A DNA stretch of 64,000 bases from assembly GCA_951406725.2 (NCBI GenBank), contig OX597823.1:106144001-106208000 (forward strand), read 5' to 3'. This DNA is from Octopus vulgaris. Taxonomy: Eukaryota. The translations under genes were made by a program, and so were the position numbers. Position 1 is the stretch's first letter; each line of letters starts with the position of its first letter. The notes beneath the pieces were generated by a model. It saw only the letters and a list, made by a program, of their open reading frames with translations, searched no databases and was not told where the DNA came from. Of this stretch, positions 27,023-42,364 are shown piece after piece.

Positions 27023-27714
27023 ATTTATATATATATATATGCTCATTAGATATATGTGTGTGAGCGTATGTGTGTGTATGTGTGTGTGTGTGCGTGTGCA
27101 TGCATGTATGTATGTTCACGTTTGGCAGTGATAAGTAAGCTAAAAATGTTACTAAAAGAAGACGATAATAAAAGTCATCATTGTCTTCAGAAATGCAAAA
27201 GTACCTCCTCACTCTCTCTCTCTCTCTCCCTCTCCCTTTCCTACGCTTTCCTTCAAACACATTTCTTCAAATACTTTCCGACTCTCCCTCTTTTCTTCTG
27301 ACTAAACATTTTGCTTTCTTTCTCTCTTTCTTTCCTCCATCGTCTGCCTTCGGTCCCAACCCAAAGAAACACAGGACCATTTTTAGTAATATTTTATACT
27401 TGGTGGTTGAAATATCTCTTCTGTCACCCTTTAATGCTGTATACATAATTGAAGTGTCTCTAACTAAATTACTCTCGCATTCTCACCGTTGCCGCTCCTG
27501 GTGTTGCCAGTGCCGCCGTCTCTCTGTTTTTACTTTTCCTAATATCTTCTCACTTAATCTTGCGAAATATGTTATACATATATACCTGCTTATTCACACA
27601 CACACGCACACACACACACACACACACATACACACACAAACACATACACACACAAACACACACATATGTATGTATGTAAAACGATATAGTATATATCTGT
27701 GTATGTGTGTGTAT

Positions 27715-27756
<42 letters not shown>

Positions 27757-27800
27757 GTACATACATACAAATCCACATAAACATATATCTATGATATTAA

Positions 27801-27859
<59 letters not shown>

Positions 27860-29586
27860 TTTGTGTTTTTTCTAATGTACGCTATCAGCTAAATCCAAGA
27901 TGGCTGACAACTAAGTGAAGCGCTTAATACTCAGTAAATGATTTCAGAGGTCTTTGTACTGAGTCTTGATTAATGATTAATCATAAATGATAAATGATTA
28001 CAGAGGGTGCAAATCAAATTGTAACTCAATGAAATTTTGCTAGTAAATTCAGACCGACCAAAATATCCTTACACATTGCTATCAATCTTTTCCTCTATCA
28101 CTCTAAGTTTGTGTGTGCGCGCGCTAGTGCATGCATGTGTATATTTCTATATGTAAATGTGTGTGCGTGTGTGTGCGTGTGTGTGCGCGTGTGTGCGCGT
28201 GTGTGCGCGTGTGCGTGTGTATATATGTGTGTATGTGTGTTTGTCTGCATGTTTAGTTGGTTGTTGGTTTGGTGGATCACCGGATCTCTGTCATTTGAGA
28301 ATGAGGATTCAGATGTTCCGTCAATCGAATTTTTCTGCTCCTGAATCAGCCTGTAAGTGGCTGAGTATTCCACAGACACGTATACTCTTAACCTAATTCT
28401 GCGGTAGATAATGTCTGTGAATTACAGTCACGATTCACCCCACGTGCTTCTACATATTCTCCTTCTCACTCAAGGTATAGATTTGTCGAAGGTTATATAA
28501 AAGAACATCAGTCCAAAATTCCACCTTGGCATCAAAGCCAGGAATCATGGCTGCAAAGTAAACTTCTAAGCATTCGACCATTCTGCATCTACCAGGTAAG
28601 TGTTTATATTTGTGTGCGTATGTGTGTTTGCACGTGTGTGTACGTACATGCAAGTATTTGTGTGTGTGAGAAAGAGAGATAGATAGATAGAAGACACGTG
28701 GCCTTGTCGATGAGCTCTTTAGCTGATGATAGTAGGAGTATGGGTTTCATTCCTGGACCAAATGACTCGCTGCGTCTTTGATCAAGCCAATTCATTTCAA
28801 TATTGCTCCATTATACTCCGCTAAAAATAAGAACACCTGTTCACATATTCTGGATGATTCCTCGGATTCAACCTTGATGCCACGAGGTTGTCTCTGCTCG
28901 CAACTGCAATGTCATTTAAAACATTTGATAGGAGCATGACGCATGCTTTTGGGTCAAACTTGTTTGTGAATAACGGCTGTGGTTTTATTGTTCATACGTA
29001 TATACACACATACACACGCATACGTACATACACGTAGATACACCATTTCAGATGTAAAATGCGCCTAATAAACATATATTTAATATTGCTGTGGAAATAT
29101 TGTAGTTAAGAGAGAGGAGTTGTGACTTTCTGTGAGAATGGCATACAAGAGACTGCTGTCCTAACCTGAATGCAGTTTGTCTATTGTATAATCAATGTTA
29201 AATAAAGCAGTATTAATTGTGGTTCAGTCCTATATATGACACTCAAGCTCTAAACTATCTCTGTCTGAAGAAGAAGACCTATGGTTAAAGGATATTCGAG
29301 TAATCACCATTCTTTTCTTTAGCATTGTATATCTTGGACTACTTTATCCTCTGTTCATTTTTAGGACAATTTAGTGCGACTTGAAGGATATTTGGCTCTT
29401 GCTTTTAGTCGTGAATACAACTCCACATACAGCGCACCGTTGTGTCTATTTGTCACTATACCGCTTGACAAACGGTGTTGGTTTATTTACGTCCTCGTAA
29501 CTTCGTGGTTCGGCAGAGAGGCGATTATAGTAAATATCAAACGAATATAAATAAGTATTTGAATCGATATGTTGCCTAAAATACCC

Positions 29587-29817
29587 ATTTCTTTACTACC
29601 CACAAGGGGATAAACACAGAAGGGACAAACAAGGACAGACAAACGAATTAAGTCGATTATATCGACTCCAGTGCGTAACTGGTACTTATTTAATCGACCC
29701 CGAAAGGATGAAAGGCAAAGTCGACCTCGGTGGAATTTAAACTCAGAACGTAGCGGCAGACGAAATACCGCTAAGCATTTCGCCCGGCTTGCGAACGATT
29801 CTGCCTGCTCGCCGCCC
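29587..29817 (-). mobile_element. tRNA-derived SINE, family B, with 17-bp TSD
   Basis: TSD TGTTGCCTAAAATACCC at 29570-29586 and 29818-29834. Confidence 0.92.
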
Positions 29818-30422
29818 TGTTGCCTAAAATACCCTCAATGCTGTGACAAGTTAAAATACCAAAATATAAAAAAGGCGAAAATATATCGTTAAAATGCTTT
29901 ATTGGTTACGCATAATAACATTTAACTTACGTCAACAATTGTTAGACTGTGAATCATTACAATGCTTCCAGTTTCATTCATAAGAGCGAGCTTCCATTCA
30001 TAACTTCAGCGAAATGCCCGAAGTACGAAAGAGAATCGGAATTTGAAACCGAGGATCAGATTCATCCCACATACGAATGATGATGATGATTAGTAATTTA
30101 AATAAAATGAAAAGCCATTCCAAGCTATTCCAAACCAATTCTCTACATCACACAATATTTCTGGTCAACTGAGATAATGGAAGCAAATTTCGATTTGATA
30201 TCACAATAGTTAAACCATAAATATATAAGACAAAACACATTAATGAATTAACGCGCGTTTGTGAGTGTGTGTTTGTGTAGGTGCGTGTGGTGTGCATGTG
30301 TGTAGTGCGCACGGTGTGGTGTGTATGTGGTGTGTATGTGTGTGTGTATGTTTATATTTATTTGTAATTGTACATTTGTGTATGTATGTATTCGTGCGTT
30401 TACATTTATATGGAGCACGTTA

Positions 30423-30488
<66 letters not shown>

Positions 30489-31483
30489 TATGTGTGTGTA
30501 TGAATGCATAGATATATGCATACATATTTCTGTATATGATTATGATTATGTATATATTTGTGTGTGAGAGTATGTTTATATATATATATATACATGCGTG
30601 CATTCGTACATATAAGTACATATAGACACACGCACGCATATACGTACAGGCATACACTCATATATATTGTGTGTTTGTATGTATAAAGTAACCTATGTCA
30701 GTACATCTATCTATCTGCTGACAGACATTTTCTTTTTTTTATTGAAATCAAATGTGTGATTTATAGATTAATCAAAAATATTACGTTCTAATTGTTTTAT
30801 TGATCCAAGTCTTGATTAGAAAGACAGAACAAAAAGACAAATAGACAAACACCCAAACACATCCACGAACACAAACACACAATCACATTCGAAAACAAAA
30901 ATAAATAATAATAATGATGATGATGATAACAATAACAATAACAACAACAACTGCAATGATGATGATCATAACAATAATGATAATAATAATAATAATAATC
31001 AATACTTCCTCTTGTTTAGTTATTAATTTCTCTATTTGTCTGGCTTTCAAAATCCGCCGATTTTCTATGTGTTTATTTATCTCTCCACTTATTTTCAATA
31101 TTTATATATCTTTCACTGATAATGTTTTATTTCTGTTGTTCACTTGGAACGAAAAATTAAATGCGTATGTGTGTGTGTGAGTATATATCTGTGTTGCGTG
31201 TTTTTATATACATATACATATATACATAAGCTTAATCTTATATGTATATAGACGTTTAATTTAGTATATATATATATAATATTTATATGTATATATACAT
31301 ATATATAAAATTTATATGTATGTATATATATATATATATATAATTACGTATATAACTATACATACATTTAATTATATATACGTATACAAATCTATATATA
31401 CATATAAATATATATCTATATTTTTATATGTATTTATATACTCATATACATATTTGTATAATATCACTATGGATACATCCATA

Positions 31484-31540
<57 letters not shown>

Positions 31541-31856
31541 ACACACACACACATATATGTATGTATTTGTAATTATGTATTATGAACGTATGTTTGTGTA
31601 TATATCTGATAATATATATGTCTATGGGATGATTTGCTTAAATTATTGTTGATCGATTAAAGTACTTAAATAATATATATTTTCATCAGATAATTTAGAG
31701 CTTACGTTTCATTTCTAAACTGAATCATAAAATAAAATAAAAATAAGCTATTATCTAAACAAAGACGAACCTTTTATCGTCTCTGATAAAAAAATATATA
31801 TATATATAAATAAGCATAACAATACTGCAACTACAAAAACAATAAAAAAAAATAAA

Positions 31857-31930
<74 letters not shown>

Positions 31931-32329
31931 TAATAATAATATTAATAATGATAATGATAATGAAAATAACAACAACAACAATAACAACAAAAGTAGCAAT
32001 AACAAAACAATGGAAATTAAAATTAAAGAGAGAGAAGAGAGAGATGGAGATATTGTGAGAGAGATGTTTGTAGCCAACTCCAGACGTGTTGAGACGTCTG
32101 AGTGAAAACATTGTATTTCATTACAGACATTATAATTAGCTTCAACTGTGCAGTGCTAATTCTTTCTCACCCTTGGGATTAAAGCAGATTGTTTATTTTA
32201 AATGTAAATGTATGCCGTGTGTGTGTGTGAAGGGTTTTTAAATTTAGATTTATATGCCTTTATAGGTGCGTGAATAGAGGTGTGTAAGTAGGTACGCAGG
32301 CGTGTGTTGATATGTTCTGATTATGTATC

Positions 32330-32384
<55 letters not shown>

Positions 32385-32434
32385 GCGTGTAAGCATATGG
32401 ATGCAAAACAAGGTAACGCAATGTGATTTTTTAC

Positions 32435-32575
32435 TGAAGCTGCAAAAACATCAAAATATTGTTACACAGAGTTTCACGTTTCCGTTCGTCGGACGGTTGT
32501 AAAGCTTGATCACAAATGTCCAACGAGCGGAAACATGAAACTCTGAGTAACAGCTTTGTTGTTTTCGTAGCTTTG
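32435..32575. repeat. Inverted pair of hammerhead-bearing fragments
   Basis: Minus arm GT-CCGACGA-ACG-GAAA-CGT-GAAA-CTCTGTG-TA-AC; plus arm TGT-CCAACGA-GCG-GAAA-CAT-GAAA-CTCTGAG-TA-ACA. Confidence 0.7.
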
Positions 32576-32791
32576 ATAAAAACAGTGTGTGTGTGTGTGT
32601 GTGCGTGATTGTGTGCATGAGTGAGTGTGTTTGTGTGTGATTGTATTTGTGTGTGTATGTATGTTTGTATGTATGTATTAATTTGTCTTATATTTATGCA
32701 TATGACATTCATGTATCCAGAGAAGTACGGTGTTAAAGTACTCTTATACAAATACAAACGTGCTCAAACACAAATTCCTATACACCTGCTC

Positions 32792-32828
<37 letters not shown>

Positions 32829-32991
32829 CTTGCGTTAGCGTACGTATAAATATACATGTATATATACGTACACGCACATACACACACATACATCCACGCT
32901 CACACACATATTTGACTGTTTTCTCATCTGGGTTATATACCTTTCTCTGTACACTGTTGCCATGCATTCTCCCCTTCCATCTTTCCTCTTT

Positions 32992-33028
32992 TTCTCTGAT
33001 TTATGGCCATATGTCTGAAACGTCAGAG
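32992..33028 (+). ncRNA. Decayed minimal hammerhead fold
   Basis: TTCT-CTGATTT-ATGGC-CATAT-GTCT-GAAA-C-GTC-AGAG; G8/A9 lost. Confidence 0.35.
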
Positions 33029-33138
33029 CCCTTTTTCTTCTTCCTCTATCGTTTCAAGCGTGGAACTAATAGCAACTTCGTGAAAACAGGTTTTTTACGG
33101 TATTTTTCTGGATTTTATTCGTTCATTACACACACACA

Positions 33139-33188
<50 letters not shown>

Positions 33189-33211
33189 CACATATCGCAT
33201 ATACTTACATG

Positions 33212-33269
<58 letters not shown>

Positions 33270-33559
33270 CACATATATATGTAAATGTATATGTATGCAT
33301 GTATGTAGGCATCTATGTATCTGTCTATATATAAACATATACTTCTACATATACATATACACATACATATACATACTTTTACGTGTAAGTGTACTCTCCA
33401 ATCTTATACTCCTGGACAAGACTATATGTCATCACTTATATAGCTGTTGATGTAACAAACATCCTATTGTCATTGCAGTGCACTAAGTAATTAGGGAACC
33501 GATTATTGCTGAGATTAGAAGGTTCGACCTCCATGCCTAGTTGGAATCCCTTGTGAATC

Positions 33560-34860
33560 CTTTGTGAATCTTATTAAATGCCTACTCGTGGATTTTGTAT
33601 TAGTGGTTCCCACATCATGAGGGAAGCTCTCCCTAATGCTTTATAAGTTTCCAGCTGTATATACCTCTTTATCAGTGTTTCTGACATTTGAATGGTATTA
33701 GTGCCGCTTTTGTTGTTTTACGCTGAGGTTTTTCTTCTTACGGCTATCGGAGGCCGGGAGTTGGCAGTAAGAGAGTTCTCTGTTTCCCTGACTTCTGTTG
33801 AGGGTTGAAAGTTCTCAAATGGCCAATCTCCCCACAGAAATGACTACGAAGTCTTCTATCCTCAACCATAACATGCAGCTCTTCTCCTTCTCCCGGATGG
33901 CGAATAAGATTTGGGTTCTTGTGCTTGTGCATTGTCTGCTTCGTTGTAGCTTCGTTGTACCTCAACGCTTTTCCCAAGCAAGTTTTCACGACATGTTCAT
34001 TTCATCTCCAGGAAGCTGTTACTTCCTTCCAAGACGAATCAAATTAAATTCCACCACATATTCACCTCAGCTGGAGTTTCTGAGATCTTCACGCTCACCG
34101 TCCTCCTTCCTAAATATGACGGATGAGGAATATATTTTTCCCTCCCCCGAGGAACCACAGACTATATAAAGATTTATGCTTCACTCTTGAAGAGTACTGA
34201 AATGCTCTCAAATTGCTTGACTATCAGTATAAACTGAATATGGAACATTTTTTCTTTGAGCATTCCTTCCGCGTCGGCCTGACTCACAGGCTCCGGCCGT
34301 TTTGTGTTTATAGAAACATTTATATATTACTGATTTCTTTTTTTGTTTCTGCCACCTCAAGTCTTCTATGTCAGCCTTTGATTTTTCGAGTTTGATGAGT
34401 TTGGCCGCTTTTGTAGGATATCCTTATTCAGTAGCCTTAGCAGTCATTACTTCGAAGGAATTGTTCTTATTGCTATTCACGCTGGAAATATTCTTGCTAC
34501 TTGTGTCGCCACAACTACTGTTGTAGTTCCTCCTTCTTTCTGTCATAATTTTCGTTTTTCGTTGTCACACTGGTGGTGTTGGTGGTAGCCGTGCCCGTTG
34601 TCCTCTCGTTGTCGCTGTATTTTGATGTCTGTAGTATTGTCACTTTCACTGGTGGGGGTGGGACAAATTTCATAGTTGTAACTAAGTTCCCGTCCTACGT
34701 TGTTGCTGCGGTGGTTCTTGCTGACTGCGTTAGTCAATATAGTGGTAGTGTGGTCCACTGGACGTTGAATTTGGTGAAATTGAGGGTTGAAGTCGGAGGA
34801 CTCTGACGTGTATAGCAAATCACTGTCAAAGCAATCTTTAACTTAAATTTGAGCCCTCAA
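33560..34860 (-). pseudogene. Decayed gag-like ORF1 region of an L1/Tx1-type LINE
   Basis: LHVMVEDRRLRSHFCGEIGHLRTFNP is a degenerate CCHC zinc knuckle in ORF1-like context; boundaries approximate. Confidence 0.5.
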
Positions 34861-35009
34861 AGATGCACAAGCAAACCAACAAGCCAGACCTATGCAATGT
34901 TGGTGGCTGTAGCAAATGTTTGTAACAAAATCAAACAACAACGACAGAAATAAACAGAGAAATTCATGAGCAATACGACACGCATCCAGCCAGTGTGAAT
35001 AATAATTTC

Positions 35010-35203
35010 AATTTTTGGCACAGGGCCTGTAATTCAGCACCGGGGATAAAGTCGATTACATTATCCCCGGTGCTGAATTGGTACTTTTTTACCAGTACCC
35101 GAAAGAATGAAGGACAAAGAGAGCCTCAGCAGAATTTGAACTCAGAACGTACAAATGGACGAAATGCCGCGAAGCCTTTTTACGATTCTGCCAGCTCACC
35201 ACT
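35010..35203 (-). mobile_element. tRNA-derived SINE, family B (decayed)
   Basis: gaatttgaactcagaacgta...acgattctgccagctc. Confidence 0.8.
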
Positions 35204-35389
35204 TTAATAAATATAATAATAATGATAATAATGCTAATTATTATAATAATGATGTCAACATTAAAAATAGTACTGATAATCATAATAAGATAAATAGCAG
35301 TAATAAAGTTAAGATTGTAGAGGTTGTAAAAATCTTGTTGACAATTTACGGAAAACAGGTGAGATAATATATATACATGCATGCATACA

Positions 35390-35489
<100 letters not shown>

Positions 35490-35699
35490 TGTGTGTGTGT
35501 GTTTGTAAAGAATATAACGTGTAAGTTGTAAAAAATATATACATTTTCAAACCGGAACACATGGAAAAGAAATGGTTAACGTAATTCAAACCAAACTGAA
35601 AAATATAAGAATTAAAAAATTAACGGAGTTGAGCAATTCTGATTTAAGATTTAAAATCATAGGTCGGCACATATAATAATGGAATAAGTATTAAAAGAT

Positions 35700-35853
35700 T
35701 TACGTTCTAAGTTCAAATTCCACCGAGGTCGATTTTGGCTTTCGTCCTTTCGGGGTCGATAAATTAAGTACCAGTTGCGTACTGGGGTCGATCAAATCGA
35801 CTGGCCCCCCCTCCCCCAAAATTTCGGGCCTTATGCCTAGAGTAGAAAAGAAT
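35700..35853 (+). mobile_element. SINE family B, 5'-truncated
   Basis: gttcaaattccaccgaggtcga...cctttcggggtcgataaattaagtaccag. Confidence 0.85.
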
Positions 35854-37039
35854 ATCTGTAATTGTCACTGCATCGGGTTTTTTGGCAACCTATGTAAATT
35901 TTATAACCTTATTTTAAATATTTTAACGAATGCTTTGATTAATTATTTTTTAAATTTTCTTACTACTCAGAGTACAATACATCAATTTTTACAATGTGCA
36001 ACTTCTGACTTTTCAACTTTTACCCTGTTATCACATCATAATTTTGTTACTTTTTACTAGTATTATTAGTCTTGTTAATTTCAATTTCTAGAGTTTGGGT
36101 TTCAAATCTCAACTTATATTTCTTTACCATTCATCCGCAGTCTCTCAATATATTTTTATCTTTTAACATAATATACATATTCACTTGTTGAGTCATCAAA
36201 GATATTTATGAGACAGCAATTGTTTTATGCCAGTTTTATGCCAGTTTCGAGAACCCAACTGCAGTATATTTTGATAATCTACCACAGCTAAAGGCTCTCA
36301 AATAACCACGAAATAAACTGCCTTCTTGGACTAACGAGTTCCATCTTAACCAAAGTATTCGTTTCGAGAGAGCCTGAAATCTCTTTACGCAAACGTTGAA
36401 AGTTGGGAAAGAAATTGCTGCTGATCGCTTCCGCTGCAAATTGGAATAAGGCAAAATTCGAAAAAAACGAAAGAAGAATCTGAAAGTCGCTGATGAAGAA
36501 AGGCAAAACTTACGCAAAATCTCAGATCAAGAACTTCAAATAGAGTCACGGCAGTCGAGACTCCCACTCACATGCCAGGACTCTAGATAGATGTTGTTTT
36601 CTTCAACAAGATCGTAGGAAAAGTTTCCAGACACAGATCCATGAGCTCCAGAACTGAACAGAGACCTCGATAAATGTTTTATTTTCAATTCATGTATGTT
36701 TTACGTATGTATTTGTGTGTTTCCTGTGTTTTAAATTCCTGTAAGGAGCTGGTCTCTGACATAGACACGCAGCACCATCGTTAAAATGTATATTACAAAA
36801 ACAATATCAGAATCTGAATTTGAAAGAAGTGTTGCATATGTTCACTGATCCACGTATAATTGTAATATGCGTGTTTGCTGGTTAATTTGTTTTTATGAAA
36901 ATACCGGCTTTTTAGACTGTCATTTTAGGGATTTACTAATAAAACCACGAGCGCAAATTATTATTTGAATAAACGTGAATTTATAATCTGGTTATAGAAG
37001 CTGAGGGTTTCAAAGCAGTTTTCCGCAGTTAACCTCTTT

Positions 37040-37581
37040 CTCTAATTTTCGAGGAGATATTCATATCAGCATAAAAAAATCCTCCGTTAAAATTGAATGC
37101 ACTGATCCTGTGCTTATTCTCACGTCGTAAGCAATTTGCTGGATTGGTACACAACGGTCTTTCATGACTGTTAACCGAACCTTCTCAATCAGCTCGTTTA
37201 GGCTTTTGGATGGCCTGCCTGAGCGTACCTCAATCTCCACTGAGATACTGCCATGTTCGAAGCGGTTTTAATGCTCCTTGATCCGAGTCTTGCCCATGGC
37301 ATCTTCGCAAAAAGGCTGCTGAAACTTCAGGATAATTTGAGCTTTGAGTATCACCAAGCTTTCGGCAAAACGCTATGCAATATCTCTACTCGATATGTTC
37401 AGTGAAAAAGAAAATCCGACCAGCGCGCCCAACACGTCTGTACTCTAGGCGTAACAGCCGGTAACTGATACGGCTTACCCGCGCAAAAGTTCTCCTGCAT
37501 GGACAGGAAAGGTGGCGTCATCTCCCACCCAACGAATTTTCGCCACGCCGCTTTAGCCGGATACTTTTTGAACGCACCCCG
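37040..37581 (-). mobile_element. mariner 5' fragment (TIR + transposase N-terminal HTH, pseudogene)
   Basis: TA|CGGGGTGCGTTCAAAAAGTATCCGG end; broken frames RYCIAFCRKLGDTQ, EDAMGKTRIKE, RSGRPSK. Confidence 0.8.
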
Positions 37582-38142
37582 TATATGTGTATGGCTGGCG
37601 GAAAAAAAATAACTGTTATGTCAGTAAAATGGCGGAAATATTGTCAATGCGTATTTATGACAGTTTGGTGTGGTGCGAGTAATGTACAAATGTCTTTACA
37701 AAATTGGTAGCATGGTGGCGGTGGGTGTTATTGTGTTGTTGATGGTGATGGCAGAGCTGGCGTTGGTGTTGGTTGTGACATTGTGTTGAAGAAGTCACTA
37801 GTGTAATGATTGTGAAGGCTATAGTAGTGGTGGTGTTGGTAGTGACAATGTGTCATTACAAAGTTAGTAACGTGGTGTGTTGGTGGCGACAGTGCAAGTT
37901 TTGGCGGTGGTTAAGGTGGTGATTGGTGTTGGTTGTGGTGATGATGGCGATGGTGATGCTGGTAGTAGTGACAGTATGTCTGTAACCAAGTCACATGTTG
38001 AAGTGTTATTAATAATTTGTCGCTGAGATTATACACACCTCTGTGCTTGTTAAGAATTTTGTTGGTGGTGATGGTGGTGAAGAAACGGGGTTTGGCAATG
38101 TCTATCTCGGCATATGCATACGCACATACATACGCACCCCCC

Positions 38143-38183
<41 letters not shown>

Positions 38184-38299
38184 GTATGTATAAATATATA
38201 TGTATGTATGTATATATACAAAAATATACATATACATATATAAATACATACATATATATATATATACAAAAATATACATATACATATATATATATAGGT

Positions 38300-38330
<31 letters not shown>

Positions 38331-38599
38331 AAGAGAAAGAGAGTGACAAAGAAAGGCAGGGAGAGGGAGAGAGAGAATGTAGTAGATATCTCACATTCCC
38401 TCTCCCATTATCAGTCTCTTTCTTTCCTTCTTTCTTTTTCTCTTTCTCTTACTCTCACCTTTATTTTCCTTATTATTTTATTCATTTCTCACCTTTCGCT
38501 CCGTAATTAACTTCATCTTAATTTGTTGCTTCATTGCTTGGTTTACTTCTTTTCCGTTTTTTTTTCCCTTTATTTTCTCTTGCTCTTGTTTTATTACTA

Positions 38600-38644
<45 letters not shown>

Positions 38645-39024
38645 TTTCTTTCTGTCTTTCTTTCTATTCTCTTAACGGTTTTCTTTCTTTTTTTCTTTCT
38701 TTCATCTATTCTATTCGCTTCCCTATTTTCTTTCTCTCTATTCATTGCCGATATAGTAGTAGCAGCAGCAGCAGCAGCCGTTTAAGAATTTGGACCTGGA
38801 TTCTCCATTTGCAGCGACTTCGAGGGCCACCTCCCAGTGGTGTCGGGCGTCAACGAAGAGCCCTCGACTACAACAAGACAACCAAAGTTTTTTTTTCCTA
38901 AGGTCTGGGGTCTCCCGCCCCTAAGCCCTAGACCATCACCTAATCACCCTTACCCGTCTAGTTGCTTAACAACAACAGCAGCAACACAGCAGCAGCAGCA
39001 GCAGTAGTAGTAGTAATAGTAATG

Positions 39025-39064
<40 letters not shown>

Positions 39065-39199
39065 GAGGAGGAGGAGCTGCAGCAGCTCTGTTGTATTCGT
39101 AGTTCTTGTGGCATAGTATCCCGCTAATTTGGTTGTACTACTGCTGCTGTTGATGATTGTAACAAAAGTTGCAGCCTTTCATTTCATTGTTACGTTTAT

Positions 39200-39210
39200 T
39201 ATCTCTCTAT

Positions 39211-39282
<72 letters not shown>

Positions 39283-39287
39283 CACTC

Positions 39288-39330
<43 letters not shown>

Positions 39331-39377
39331 GTCTATCTATCGATCTATCTATCTATCTATCTATATGTCTATCTATC

Positions 39378-39416
<39 letters not shown>

Positions 39417-39472
39417 ACTATCTATCTCTATCTATCTATCTATCTATCTATCTATCACTATCTATCTATCTC

Positions 39473-39527
<55 letters not shown>

Positions 39528-39528
39528 A

Positions 39529-39583
<55 letters not shown>

Positions 39584-39592
39584 GCAACAATT

Positions 39593-39650
<58 letters not shown>
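39200..39650. repeat. (TATC)n/(TC)n microsatellite
   Basis: Direct reading. Confidence 0.95.
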
Positions 39651-39651
<1 letters not shown>

Positions 39652-40110
39652 CGTGGTCTCATGAATACGTATCCGGACTGTTGCATTAGTAACGGAACTA
39701 AAGCCGCTTGGCAAAGATTAACATTGGACTCTGTTGTATATGTGCATAAGATTTAATGATCTAGCTCAATTTCACGGTTTACAGCAGTGCTTGGAAGGAA
39801 TGTGTGTAGCATGTGATCGTCGCATTGACAATGAGAGAGTAAACTGAGCAGAGATTCAGCATCAATCTTTCCCAAAAGTTTGGTGATACCTACTGAGAGG
39901 CCTACGCAAAGTTTTCAAAAAGTTTCCATCGTTCTCGACACAATCAAGGAGATCGTGTTCAACTGAAACCGGAGTGTCTTTTTGATCAGCTCAAAGCAGT
40001 TTTGGTACAAACTTGACAGAGGCGCGTCTCATACTCAAATCTTCAGTGATAATGGACTGAGGTGAACTGCAACTAATCTGTACATCCTCTGACACCTCAC
40101 GGATGGTGAT
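39652..40110 (+). mobile_element. Decayed mariner-derived element
   Basis: TA|CGTGGTC..GTATCCGGACT end; EQRFSINLSQKFGDT parallels the 37 kb mariner N-terminus. Confidence 0.55.
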
Positions 40111-40691
40111 ATCTCTCTTCTAGAGATATAGAAATAATAATGTTTCTGAGCTCTATACACTTATTCATATGAATCAACGACACATCATTTATGCGATCGC
40201 CGGTCTTGCTAAAAACAGAAGTCTAATCTCCCTTAAGCCAAACCTAAGAAAGATATAGGCGTATGTAGTTCAAGAATCTAGGACGTTGATACGCTATGTA
40301 GAAAGAAGCCGTGTTTGCTCAAATTGGTTCACTTTTGATGATCGTTATGATTGTAATCAATTTCCATTATCTTATGGAATAATCGATCTACCAAATAAAT
40401 CAATAAACTAATCAATGATTGAATCATAAGTTACAAACACATGTGTGAGCGTATGTATGTATATATATGTATGTACGTATGTATGTATATATTTGTGCAT
40501 GAACCTTAGGTTAGTCAGAAATATGTTTGTGACATATTTTAACATCTAAAGGCGAATTCATTGCAGTTACCGAGGAGAAAAGATATCTCTTATTGGAAAA
40601 GTTGTAAAAACATCACATCAGCTCAGTGCTTTCCTGCAGCGGATTCTCAGGCGCGCGTTTCTGGCTCAGGTCTTCCTCAACGGGAAATACC

Positions 40692-40923
40692 TATTTCTTT
40701 ACTACCCACAAGGGGTTAAACACAGAAGGGACAAACAAGGACAGACAAACGGATTAAGTCGATTATATCGACCCCAGTGCGTAACTGGTACTTATTTAAT
40801 CGACCCCGAAAGGATGAAAGGCAAAGTCGACCTCGGCGGAATTTGAACTCAGAACGTAGCGGCAGACGAAATACCGCTAAGCATTTCGCCCGGTGTGCTA
40901 ACGATTCTGCCAGCTTGCCGCCT
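40692..40923 (-). mobile_element. tRNA-derived SINE, family B, with TSD
   Basis: (CCT)CAACGGGAAATACC at 40675-40691 and 40921-40937; near-identical to the 29587 copy. Confidence 0.92.
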
Positions 40924-40979
40924 CAACGGGAAATACCATTGGCAACTATGAAAGTATGTATATATGTATATATGCATTC

Positions 40980-41423
<444 letters not shown>

Positions 41424-41967
41424 CCCCTATGGCTTCTTACCAAACAGTCACGTACAAGCAAGCATATATAAATATATATATACTTATTTAAATATAAAGA
41501 CAAACAGATGCACAAATAAATACACACATATTCCCGTCTGGTTATCTATCCATTTAGCTAGCTTGCTATATAAATATATCAAAGAATATTTTATATATGC
41601 ACATACAAGTGTATTGATATAAATATATATTGATAGTTTCGTATTCCAACTAATCAATAAATAAAATGAATAAATAAACAATATCACGTTTTGTCATCAT
41701 ACTATTAAGAATTGTATAAATGGGAGGTGTGAAAAAAATCAGCTAACCAATGGTACGTGTCAAGTGATTTAACTCAACTAGAAATCGAAACCCTATCACC
41801 AACAAACCATCGGAAATATTACCAACACTCGAGGCTAGATATAGCTGTTACAATACAAATATAAATAATTGATAATTAAATGATTTATTGTTAAATGTAG
41901 AGCACAAGATTAGCTACACACTGATATAGGCACACACTGACACACTGACACACATAGATTTGCTGAT

Positions 41968-42364
41968 AGGCGCAGGAGTGTGGTAAGTAGCTTGCTAACC
42001 AACCACATGGTTGCGGGTTCAGTCCCATTGCGTGGCATCTTGGGCAAGTGTCTTCTGCTATAGCCCCGGGCCGACCAATGCCTTGTGAGTGGATTTGGTA
42101 GACGGAAACTGAAAGAAGCCTGTCGTATATATGTATATATATATATGTGTGTGTGTGTGTGTTTGTGTGTCTGTGTTTGTCCCCCTAGCATTGCTTGACA
42201 ACCGATGCTGGTGTGTTTACGTCCCCGTAACTTAGCGGTTCGGCAAAAGAGACCGATAGAATAAGTACTGGGCTTACAAAGAATAAGTCCCGGGGTCGAT
42301 TTGCTCGACTAAAGGCGGTGCTCCAGCATGGCCGCAGTCAAATGACTGAAACAAGTAAAAGAAT
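41968..42364 (+). mobile_element. tRNA-derived SINE, family A, near full length
   Basis: Highly similar to 14945-15340. Confidence 0.92.

Noticed and set aside
28240-28352. Possible minus-strand exon RLIQEQKNSIDGTSESS
   Set aside because: Acceptor lies in SINE-like sequence; no convincing donor
36236-36600. Coding-like unique stretch
   Set aside because: Multiple stops and no recognisable motif; probably old TE debris
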